A stretch of 64,000 nt of DNA from an uncultured Bacteroidota bacterium (GTDB lineage: Bacteria; Bacteroidota; Bacteroidia; Bacteroidales; UBA12481), in NCBI GenBank assembly GCA_903919065.1, contig CAIXHD010000426.1, forward strand, positions 1,580 to 65,579. Reading direction: 5' to 3'. Positions within the stretch are counted from its first letter, which is position 1, and every line of letters starts with the position of its first letter. Positions 19,801 to 27,531 of the stretch are shown here, piece by piece. Below the pieces are notes generated by a model. It saw only the letters and a list, made by a program, of their open reading frames with translations, was not told the DNA's origin and ran no database searches. The position numbers and the translations under genes were made by a program.

Positions 19801-21312
19801 AAACCTTCAGATTCGTTGAATTTCAAATCCGGGCAAGCCGAATTTTCACTTCAGGATCAATTAATTAGTGCACATAGTGTTGATTTTATCGATGTTGCTG
19901 ACGTGCGCATCTTTCCAGCTGACAGAAACATGGTGATCAGGACAGACGCAAAGATTGATTCTCTCATGCAGGCGACCATTGTTAGTAAGGATTCTTCATT
20001 GATTCACCGCATTAATTCAGCAACGGTTACCATCGTCGACAACAAAAATTATCATGCAAGCGGTAATTATCAGTATCGTGATGTTGCCGGACGAGAGTTT
20101 GCCATCCGTTTTTCCGATATCCAACCGGATAAAAACGGAATATCAACTGGCAAAGGGGATATCCCGCAGGAAAGTGAATTCAGTCTGAGTCCAGCATTCA
20201 AATATTACGGCAATGTTGAATGGAATAATAAGGAACCCCTGTTGCTCTTCAACGGGCAAACGCAACTCAGCCATTCCTGTCCGAATATTACTCTTCAATG
20301 GATTAAATTCAATAGCAGGATTTATCCCGATTCTGTGGCTATTCCAATCGATTCTATTACGACCAACGATAAGGACGAACGATTGTTTAAAGGCTTTTTC
20401 CTATCGAATCAGCCTGTTGAGTTATATTCCACTTTTGTGGGTCCGCATACCCGGTACAGCGACCAGCCACTGATTTCTGCCAAAGGCTGGTTATGGTATG
20501 ATGAACCGAAGGGGCAATACAAACTTGCGTCAGACGAAAAGAGGAAAGATCCTGAGGCAGATGGCCCCATTCTATTCATGGATGCCAATACATGCAAAAA
20601 CGAAGCAAAAGGACAGCTGACTTTTGGAGTCGACCTTGGACAGGTAAAATTAAGCGGTGCCGGAAAATTCGTTCATGATCTCAAAGCCGATAGTATCAGG
20701 GGAACTGTTCTTATGACCTCTGATTTCTTTATTGATGAGAAGCTTTTGAATTTTATGGCCAGTGCCATTAATAATGCATCAGGTCTTGAAGCGGTGAATT
20801 ACAGTAAACCCGAATTCAGGAGTTCCTTCAAGGATTTACTTGGAAGGGCCACAGGGGAGGAATTGCTCAAGCAGATCAGCCTGACCGGAAAGTGGAAAAA
20901 AATCCCGGATCAGCTTCTTCATACCATTGTCTTTAGCGATGTAAATTTCAAATGGAACCCGGAAACAGGATCCTATCAATCGGAAGGAAAAATCGGGATT
21001 GGAAATATTATGGGTGAACCGATTAATAAGAAAATTAAGGGTTTCATGGAGATTCTTCATCGCCGTGGTGGTGACGTTTGGACGATGTACCTGGAGCTTG
21101 ACAGGCAGAATTATTTCTTTCTCACTTATTCACGCGGCGTAATGCAATGTGTTGCTGGGCCAGGTCAGGAGAAGTTCAATACGATCATACGCAGTACCAA
21201 AGATGCGAACAGGACCCAAAAGATACTGCCAGGCGAACCGGAATACCAATATTATATTGGAACCTATGCCCAGGTTTCAGAGTTCTTGCGAAAGTTCAGT
21301 GTGGACAGATAA
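16864..21312 (+). CDS. Very large (1482 aa) exported protein of unknown function
   Basis: Single uninterrupted ORF starting 2 nt after the tpiA stop. N-terminal signal MKISGILLFLLSGC (possible lipobox L-S-G-C) or cleavage after VMG. I recognise no catalytic motif. Confidence 0.7.
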   Translation: MKISGILLFLLSGCLIHVMGQETVRFHADPNIFIQDARNFFGFRQPEESRAVLLRLETAQKKGQLEENHWIDLSGKANAMIKSDTQSVSDLFLLIDAFLEAATHTRERAGYLIWSAFADKLLIQNRKDITQVKKFMKFTLDYSRNGILYKSSAFEWGVKPDLNIYGIDSTFYVIVNAADLVARGSGDSTVIFSTRGRYYPETNHFFGEGGKVSWEKVKIPSSQVCVNLNKYTLDLKKSFYEIDSVNLIDRRYFKEPLIGRIENKILPGVSAETAGYPKFTSYDHRNRIKNLYPGMDYEGGFALYGSKVFGIGPASAKSILTVFRNQKPIIRLASTYFSFLPDQARGINSEVSIYLETDSIYHPGLLFQYNGKQKEISFIRDGQGLSPSRFIDSYHEFDLNVDWIRWTIGSNFISMAGLPGSLENKASFESADFFNIDRYNEILIVDKTHPVAAVKKCSEYYYSRTFTLEDLSKFMVKPQHLVEEMLLRLSFLGFVRYNSETKIVDVQERAFDFLKKNAGQQDYDVIRFESLLQQPEVNAILNLTDNHLKVIGLKSLELSQTRQVTIYPTNASIEILKGRDLLFDGEIQGGLIRFYGKKFHFNYDDFSIRLDEVGKLKIQVYEKPKNKNQTPVLADVTSVIEYTKGTLKIDEPSNKSGLRADKYPEYPILQTDTNAYVYYNQKEILNGVYPRETFNFSISPFTLRGLNLYTFSDSLNFPGRLTTAGIFPPLELALRHQSDHSLGFETLKTPEEGYPVYNGKGRFYNSIAMSKAGLRGSGRLEYLNSAVESDDILFLPDQVNTLASIAVAQDSSDTGNPETRGEKMAIKWYPGGDKLVAQSTKGPLNMYGKGKFDGVLNLEPNGLIGKGTVYFDGYSITSNEIKFNENTYQAPNSILRIFRDSAETKADKTPYPYSGTLMQASQFNGMIDVANKKAHFEPAGTQSRIEFTQNRFEGKPARFDWDMDKKQLVMEDLTLKMARKPSDSLNFKSGQAEFSLQDQLISAHSVDFIDVADVRIFPADRNMVIRTDAKIDSLMQATIVSKDSSLIHRINSATVTIVDNKNYHASGNYQYRDVAGREFAIRFSDIQPDKNGISTGKGDIPQESEFSLSPAFKYYGNVEWNNKEPLLLFNGQTQLSHSCPNITLQWIKFNSRIYPDSVAIPIDSITTNDKDERLFKGFFLSNQPVELYSTFVGPHTRYSDQPLISAKGWLWYDEPKGQYKLASDEKRKDPEADGPILFMDANTCKNEAKGQLTFGVDLGQVKLSGAGKFVHDLKADSIRGTVLMTSDFFIDEKLLNFMASAINNASGLEAVNYSKPEFRSSFKDLLGRATGEELLKQISLTGKWKKIPDQLLHTIVFSDVNFKWNPETGSYQSEGKIGIGNIMGEPINKKIKGFMEILHRRGGDVWTMYLELDRQNYFFLTYSRGVMQCVAGPGQEKFNTIIRSTKDANRTQKILPGEPEYQYYIGTYAQVSEFLRKFSVDR

Positions 21313-21324
21313 TTCAGGCAATTC

Positions 21325-21816
21325 TTATCGTTGCATTTCCCAAAGATCAAGATTTTCAATGCGGTCCCCATCAATATCAAAACGCACTGCGGTTCTTACC
21401 TGGTGAATCCCACGATTACCTGCTCCACCCGGATTGATGTGAAGCATCTGCCTCGACTTATCGTTATTTATTTTCAGGATATGAGAATGGCCACAGATGA
21501 ATAGCTTAGGCTTAAAATCATTTAACCTTTCAACCACTTCATGAAGATAATGTCCATAATTAAAGCCGATATGGGTGATCAAAACCCTGACTTTTTCAAC
21601 GGTAAATACCTGAAATTCCGGAAGTTCCCTTCGAACCTCCCAATCATCAATATTTCCGTAAACACCCCTGAAAACCCTTCCTTCAGCCAGTTCATCCATC
21701 ACCTTAATATCACCAAGGTCACCTGCGTGCCAAATTTCCGCACAGTCCTTAAAAAAATCCAATAATGGCTTATCAATGAAGCCATGTGTATCTGATAAAA
21801 CTCCGATTCTGATCAT
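21325..21816 (-). CDS. YfcE/MJ0936-family metallophosphoesterase
   Basis: IGVLSDTHG, WHAGDLG, GNID and CGHSH motifs in the canonical order. Confidence 0.8.
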   Translation of the reverse strand: MIRIGVLSDTHGFIDKPLLDFFKDCAEIWHAGDLGDIKVMDELAEGRVFRGVYGNIDDWEVRRELPEFQVFTVEKVRVLITHIGFNYGHYLHEVVERLNDFKPKLFICGHSHILKINNDKSRQMLHINPGGAGNRGIHQVRTAVRFDIDGDRIENLDLWEMQR

Positions 21817-21878
21817 TCAACAAATATAATGAGTTGGGGAATTTTTACATTTACAGAAATAATTCTAATCTACCTTAA

Positions 21879-22382
21879 ATGAAAAAACTTATTACCCTGA
21901 TTATGACGATCATCTTGGTCGCCGGTATCCAAACTATCAGCGCTCAGGAAGTGAAAGAAGTAAAAAAAATCTACAATCCTGAAGCTAATGCCAAGGAAGA
22001 TATCAGCAAAGCAGTTCAAAAAGCAAAGGAAGAAGGAAAGCATGTCATGGTTCAGATTGGAGGAAACTGGTGCTCATGGTGCCTGCTCTTCCACAAATAC
22101 ATCAATGAGGATCTGGAAATCAAAAAGATGATTGATGACAATTTTGTTTTTACGCTTCTCAATTACAGCCAGGAGGTTAAAAACGCCGAATTGATGGCAA
22201 AATACAACAACCCTGGCCGGATGGGATATCCGGTATTCCTCATTCTCAATGGCGAAGGACAACTTATCCACACTCAGGATTCCGGACTTCTTGAGGAGGG
22301 CAAAGGGTATAATAAAACCAAAGTGATGACCTTCCTGAAAAATTGGACTAAGGCAGCAGTTGATCCAAAGAATATCAGATAA
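21879..22382 (+). CDS. Exported thioredoxin-fold protein (CxxC)
   Basis: Signal peptide MKKLITLIMTIILVAGIQTISA and GGNWCSWCLLF, a redox CxxC in thioredoxin-like context. Confidence 0.7.
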   Translation: MKKLITLIMTIILVAGIQTISAQEVKEVKKIYNPEANAKEDISKAVQKAKEEGKHVMVQIGGNWCSWCLLFHKYINEDLEIKKMIDDNFVFTLLNYSQEVKNAELMAKYNNPGRMGYPVFLILNGEGQLIHTQDSGLLEEGKGYNKTKVMTFLKNWTKAAVDPKNIR

Positions 22383-22384
22383 AA

Positions 22385-23095
22385 ATGCATCTTTTTTACG
22401 CTCCGGAACTCTCAGACCAGAAGACATTCACATTGAATGCAGATGAATCCCATCATGCGGTGAGGGTTCTGAGATTAAGTCCAGGCATGGAAATAATTCT
22501 GGTTAACGGTCGGGGTGGCTGGTATCACACGAAGATCACCCACCCCGATCCGAAAGCCTGTACCGTTGAAATTACAAAGGTTCAATCCGATATTGGAAAA
22601 CCTGGTCACGATCTTCGTATTGCCATCGCCCCTACCAAGCAAATAGACCGGTATGAGTGGTTTCTTGAAAAGGCTACCGAGATCGGGATCAGTGAAGTGA
22701 TACCCTTAATCTGCGAACATTCAGAAAGAAAGGAGGTCAAGACCGATCGTCAGATGCGCATTGTCATTGCAGCAATGAAACAGTCACTTAAGGCATTTCA
22801 TCCAGTTATCCGGGAACCTCTGTCTTTCCGGAAGTTTATGAAAGAAGACATCTCCGGTACTAAAACCATTGCCCATTGTCAAACTGGGGAAAAATTGTGG
22901 TTAAATGAGATAATAAAACCCGCTGAACCTATAACCATATTGATTGGACCAGAGGGGGATTTCTCTGGATCGGAGATCACGGAGGCAATAGAAAATGGCT
23001 ATATTCCTGTTACTCTAGGAACAAGCCGACTGAGGACAGAGACTGCCGGAGTGGTTGCCTGCCATACCGTTTCATGGTTAAGCCGGGAGTTTTAA
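22385..23095 (+). CDS. rsmE: 16S rRNA (uracil1498-N3)-methyltransferase RsmE
   Basis: 236 aa. N-terminal PUA-like region with HHAVRVLRL, and a C-terminal SPOUT region with LIGPEGDFS and SRLRTETAG. Confidence 0.85.
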   Translation: MHLFYAPELSDQKTFTLNADESHHAVRVLRLSPGMEIILVNGRGGWYHTKITHPDPKACTVEITKVQSDIGKPGHDLRIAIAPTKQIDRYEWFLEKATEIGISEVIPLICEHSERKEVKTDRQMRIVIAAMKQSLKAFHPVIREPLSFRKFMKEDISGTKTIAHCQTGEKLWLNEIIKPAEPITILIGPEGDFSGSEITEAIENGYIPVTLGTSRLRTETAGVVACHTVSWLSREF

Positions 23096-23140
23096 GGAAA
23101 TATTCCGCAAAAAAATATTTCATATCTTTTTGTTATCTTC

Positions 23141-23617
23141 ATGGCTATGTTAGGACGCACGAGAAACAGGCGACAACTTGATATTTTCGAGGTTCCGATT
23201 GAAAGGTTTATTAATCGGGATCACGAATTTGCTATCGGTGCTGTTAACATCGATTGGGAATCACTCGAAGAACATTTCAAGCCCTTTTATGCTCCTAAAG
23301 GGCGTCCGTCGGTTCCACCCCGAAAAATAATCGGCATGATTCTTTTGAAAGAAAGATTCAGTCTGAGTGATGAGAAAGTTCTGAAAATATGGCCGGAAAA
23401 TCCATACTGGCAATATTTCTGCGGTGAAGTTCATTTTCAGACGAATAAACCATTCAGTGTTGGCGAGCTCACAAGATTCCGGCGAAGGATTGGTGCTGAA
23501 GGCCAGGAAATGATAAAAAACATCTCTATCAAACAATTCGGAAAACCGGATGGGAAAACCTATGATTCATACTCTGACCGGAAAAAGAAGAACTTCTGGA
23601 AGAAAATTATCGGATGA
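23141..23617 (+). mobile_element. IS5/InsH-type transposase, N-terminal domain-only ORF (DDE domain missing)
   Basis: 158 aa. FKPFYAPKGRPSVPPRKIIGMILLKERFSLSDEKVLKIWPENPYWQYFCG aligns by eye with the E. coli InsH N-terminal region ([33 protein letters not shown]). The ORF stops where the DDE catalytic domain should begin, and the next gene starts 33 nt later. No inverted repeats were found. Confidence 0.6.
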
Positions 23618-23650
23618 TAAGAAGATGAGATGATTAGTTGATGTGGTGAT

Positions 23651-25171
23651 GTGATGATTGAAAAAATGACACGGTTCAATCTTTTATTTCTTTTCGTTTT
23701 GATCCCGTTAGCGGGTATAAATCAAGAACCTATGCAATTAATAAAAAAAGACAGGCAGCCAGCGGTAGCCGGATCTTTTTATCCGTCGGATGCTATCGAA
23801 TTAAAGAAGACTATCGCCGGTTTCATGAATGCTGCAAAGCCTCAGCACGCAAAAGGGCTTGTCAGGGCAATTCTCGTTCCACACGCCGGTTACGTATATT
23901 CCGGAGGTGTTGCCGCATCAGGATACAATCAGCTGAATCCCGACCAGGAGTATAAAAGGGTCTTTATTCTCGCCTCATCCCATAGGGTGAGTTTTGGCAA
24001 AGCATCGGTTTATACTCAAGGTGATTATATAACTCCATTGGGCAGGATTCCGGTCGATACAGATATCGCTAAAGATTTAATACTCGATTCCAGATCATTC
24101 ACTGATTACCCGGAGGCTCACATTTCTGAACACAGCATTGAAGTGCATCTGCCTTTTCTTCAACTACACCTAAAATATCCATTCAAAATTGTCCCCATTG
24201 TTCTGGGGACGCAGGTACCGGCGGTATGCGAAGAAATTGCCAAAGCGCTCAAGCCCTATTTCACAAGCGAAAACCTCTTTGTTATCAGTTCTGATTTTTC
24301 ACATTATCCAGCCTACGCTGATGCTGTAAAAGTTGATGAATTAACGGCCAATGCTTTCTGTGCAAACTCTCCAGCTGAATTTCTGAAGGTCATCAGGAAC
24401 AACGATAACCTCCGGATATCAGAACTGGCTACCAGCATGTGCGCCTGGCCTTCAGGACTTACCCTGCTTTACCTGACTCAGGGAAACAGTGATCTGAGCT
24501 TTAACAAAATCGATTATAAGAACTCCGGCGATATCAAACCTTATGGCGATAAGGGCAGTGTAGTAGGATATCATGCTATCAGTGTAACAGAACAAAAAAA
24601 ATCGGAGTTTGATCTTTCAGAAGCCGATAAGCATGAACTGTTACGAATTGCCCGTACCACCGTTGATTCCTATATAAATTCAGGAATCACGCCTGCCCTG
24701 AATCCCGAAGGATACAGTGAAAACCTTAAGGCTAAAGCCGGAGCATTCGTAACATTAAAAATTGAGGATAACCTCCGGGGATGCATTGGAACCTTTGAGC
24801 CAACTGTTCCCCTGTATAAGGTCGTTCAGCAGATGGCAATTGCATCTTCCACCCAGGACAGCCGCTTTCAGCCGTTAAAAAGCAAGGAACTGTCGACGGT
24901 GCATATTGAGATATCAGTTTTAACCCCAATGCGAAAAATAAAAAATATCAGCGAGATACAGTTGGGCAAACATGGCATTTACATTAAGAAAGGATTCCAG
25001 GGCGGAACATTTTTGCCTCAGGTTGCCACCGAAACCGGTTGGTCGCTCGATGACTTTCTGGGCCATTGTTCGCGGGATAAAGCTGGTCTTGGCTGGACGG
25101 GTTGGAAGGATGCTGACATCTATATTTATGAGGCTCTGATCTTTGAGGAAGATAGCGTTAAGAAAAAATGA
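23651..25171 (+). CDS. AmmeMemoRadiSam system protein B (Memo-like) fused to protein A (AMMECR1-like), with N-terminal signal peptide
   Basis: 506 aa. Memo hallmarks AGSFYP and VPHAGYVYSG in the N-terminal half. AMMECR1 hallmarks GAFVTLK..LRGCIGTF and GGTFLPQVA in the C-terminal half. Hydrophobic leader MTRFNLLFLFVLIPLAG (alternative starts ATG 23654 and 23666). Confidence 0.85.
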   Translation: MMIEKMTRFNLLFLFVLIPLAGINQEPMQLIKKDRQPAVAGSFYPSDAIELKKTIAGFMNAAKPQHAKGLVRAILVPHAGYVYSGGVAASGYNQLNPDQEYKRVFILASSHRVSFGKASVYTQGDYITPLGRIPVDTDIAKDLILDSRSFTDYPEAHISEHSIEVHLPFLQLHLKYPFKIVPIVLGTQVPAVCEEIAKALKPYFTSENLFVISSDFSHYPAYADAVKVDELTANAFCANSPAEFLKVIRNNDNLRISELATSMCAWPSGLTLLYLTQGNSDLSFNKIDYKNSGDIKPYGDKGSVVGYHAISVTEQKKSEFDLSEADKHELLRIARTTVDSYINSGITPALNPEGYSENLKAKAGAFVTLKIEDNLRGCIGTFEPTVPLYKVVQQMAIASSTQDSRFQPLKSKELSTVHIEISVLTPMRKIKNISEIQLGKHGIYIKKGFQGGTFLPQVATETGWSLDDFLGHCSRDKAGLGWTGWKDADIYIYEALIFEEDSVKKK

Positions 25172-27516
25172 ACGCACCCTATTTACTGATACCCATAGGA
25201 CTGATATTGTTGATCTTGTATGGGATAAGCTATCTATTCAACCGATTGGAAATTCTCAGCAAATCGGTACACCGGAAAATCTGGAACTACTCGTTACTTG
25301 TTACGTTTCTGACGGCTGGTTGTCTGGGAATTCTCATGGCAATACAAATCAATTACAAGCTGGAGGTCCCCTGGACGGAAAAAGTATTGAAATGGCATGT
25401 CAACTTCGGCATCGGCATGTCCATGGTTGGTATGTTTCATTTATTATGGCACTGGCGCTACTATCTGCCAGTAAAATCGCCCAGGCGCAAATCGAATAGC
25501 AGCCAAATTTCATTCCTGAGCAGACTAGGTTCTGGTTCATGGCCCTTTCTGACCGGGTTCATCAGCATTGCTGTTCAAACTTTGATGATTCGCGAGTTAC
25601 TTGGCTTATTCCAGGGTAATGAACTTATGCTCTCCCTCATAATGTTCTTATGGCTTCTTATTACCGGCTTAGGGGCAATAGCAGGAAATCGCGGCAAATC
25701 AGGCATTCAAGAAGAATACCAATTAAATCAAAAGAAGTCATTTATACTGGTTCTTACCCAGTTCCTTCTGCCTCTTGTTCTCCTTCCACTGATGTATTAT
25801 TGTAAAAGTATTTTTTTTGCACCGGGTATAGAGGCGGGACCGATAGCCTTTTCCGGATTTTGCCTCTTAGTCCTGACACCATTCTGTTTTCTGACAGGAT
25901 TTTCTATCACATTTACAACCAGGTTATTTGCTTCATCAGGATTAAATATTCGGAGAGCCTATGCCTGGGAGAGCATCGGGGGAATTTCATCAGGAATTCT
26001 CTGTTCGATTGCCATTCTTACCGGAACGTTAACGCCCCCTGCCAGCCGGTGGTCACAAAAACTCTTTCATCCTAACGATGAGATCATTGCCTCCCGATCT
26101 GGTCCTGCCGGTCGACTGACCATTACGCAAAACGGCGATCAAATTAATATTTTCGAAAATGGCCTTCTGACTCAGTCCTCTGGAAATACCCTGATCATTG
26201 AAGAAATGACACACTTCGCAATGATTCAGCATCCTGATCCCCGGAATATTTTGGTCATCGGAGGATTACTTTCCGGTATCAATCAGGAGTTGTTGAAATA
26301 TCCTTTAACCCGGCTGGATCTGGCTGAACCCGACAACCAGATTTTCAGGTTGGCGAAAAGGCTTCACCTCCTTCCCCCCCCTGCTCCTTCGACACGGTTT
26401 ATCGATAAAAATCTCAATTCCTGGATTAATCATCCTGACATTCAATATGATATTATCCTGGTTATGCTTCCCGGACCTCAAAATCTATCTCTGAACCGAT
26501 TTTATACTGCTGAATTTTTTACTCAGATAAAGAATATCCTAACTCCAGACGGATTTGTCTCGGTGATGCTTCCGGGAACTGCCAATTACCTGTCAAAGGA
26601 GGCTATTGCTGCTATCAGCCCGGTGATAAATTCCATCAGGTCATCATTCCGCTTTGCTCAAATATTTCCCGGGGAGAACAATTACCTCATAGCAGGAAAC
26701 ACAGATCTGAAAACAGATATCTTATCAGAACTAAAATTAAAGAAAATCAATACCTTATATCTTTCAAAGGGTTATTTTGATGAGAGTCTTTTTCAGACCC
26801 GACTTAGTCAGGCAAACCTCCTGATGAAACCCTGGATGGCTAAAAACACCATACTCAAACCCGTTGCCTATTTTGCGCAGATTAACTGGTGGCTCGGACA
26901 ATTCCCGGGAAGGCTCTCGTGGCTTCTTGCCGGGATTCTTATAATTCTGATTTTCTTTAGCTTTTTTAAGGGAGGTACCTCTGGAAGTGCTATGTTCATT
27001 TTGGGAGCCAGCGCCTCAGGGATTGAGATCATACTTCTGTTAATGGTGCAGATGATTTCAGGATCGCTATTCTTATTTACCGGTCTCTTTGCCGCGATAT
27101 TTATGGCTGGGCTGGCGTTTGGCAGCCTAAAAAACTTTTCCGGCTATACAGGAAAAGTAGCAGGATCAGGAACAATAATCCTTATTTCATTCAGTATGAT
27201 CACAGCATTGCTGGCCGGAATGGTTTTCTGGATGACATTATCAGGACAATATATATTGGTTAAAACCCTGGTTATTGCATTAATATCATTTATGTCTGCT
27301 TTCTTAACAGGATTGTATTTCACTTATCTGACAAGAATAAATTTCAGCACAAACGATCAGGGTAATATATATATTTACGATATGCTGGGCGCAGCCTTCG
27401 GAGCCTTGGCCTACCCGATGGTAATAATTCCGATGTTAGGAATTTTACCCGCTTTAGGGATTATTTCCGGTTCAGGCCTATTAATTTTGATAATTCAAAA
27501 GGCATTAAGGAAATGA
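25168..27516 (+). CDS. Polytopic membrane protein with central spermidine-synthase-like (class I MTase fold) domain
   Basis: 782 aa. The ATG overlaps the upstream TGA (ATGA). There are many hydrophobic spans on both sides of a core that aligns with SpeE: ILVIGGLLSG (26248-26277), YDIILVMLPGP (26446-26478) and FYTAEFFTQIKNILTPDGFV. Confidence 0.7.
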   Translation: MNAPYLLIPIGLILLILYGISYLFNRLEILSKSVHRKIWNYSLLVTFLTAGCLGILMAIQINYKLEVPWTEKVLKWHVNFGIGMSMVGMFHLLWHWRYYLPVKSPRRKSNSSQISFLSRLGSGSWPFLTGFISIAVQTLMIRELLGLFQGNELMLSLIMFLWLLITGLGAIAGNRGKSGIQEEYQLNQKKSFILVLTQFLLPLVLLPLMYYCKSIFFAPGIEAGPIAFSGFCLLVLTPFCFLTGFSITFTTRLFASSGLNIRRAYAWESIGGISSGILCSIAILTGTLTPPASRWSQKLFHPNDEIIASRSGPAGRLTITQNGDQINIFENGLLTQSSGNTLIIEEMTHFAMIQHPDPRNILVIGGLLSGINQELLKYPLTRLDLAEPDNQIFRLAKRLHLLPPPAPSTRFIDKNLNSWINHPDIQYDIILVMLPGPQNLSLNRFYTAEFFTQIKNILTPDGFVSVMLPGTANYLSKEAIAAISPVINSIRSSFRFAQIFPGENNYLIAGNTDLKTDILSELKLKKINTLYLSKGYFDESLFQTRLSQANLLMKPWMAKNTILKPVAYFAQINWWLGQFPGRLSWLLAGILIILIFFSFFKGGTSGSAMFILGASASGIEIILLLMVQMISGSLFLFTGLFAAIFMAGLAFGSLKNFSGYTGKVAGSGTIILISFSMITALLAGMVFWMTLSGQYILVKTLVIALISFMSAFLTGLYFTYLTRINFSTNDQGNIYIYDMLGAAFGALAYPMVIIPMLGILPALGIISGSGLLILIIQKALRK

Positions 27517-27531
27517 TTTCCGGAAGAAGAA

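Noticed and set aside
21821-21828. TATATTTG match to the -7 promoter motif on the minus strand upstream of the metallophosphoesterase gene
   Set aside because: The motif ends only 4 nt before the ATG, which would require a leaderless transcript. It is plausible but unsupported, so it is not listed as a feature.
23618-23650. GATG-rich spacer (gatgagatgattagttgatgtggtgatgtgatgattg) upstream of the Memo-AMMECR1 gene
   Set aside because: The tetramer recurs five times but with irregular spacing and no dyad symmetry. It is too short to tell apart from chance in AT-rich intergenic DNA, and it also contains the candidate GTG/ATG starts.
25143-25499. 118-aa plus-strand ORF overlapping the start of the 782-aa membrane protein gene
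   Set aside because: It is out of frame with both neighbouring well-supported genes. The ATGA-coupled 25168 frame continues for 782 codons with a coherent TM pattern.
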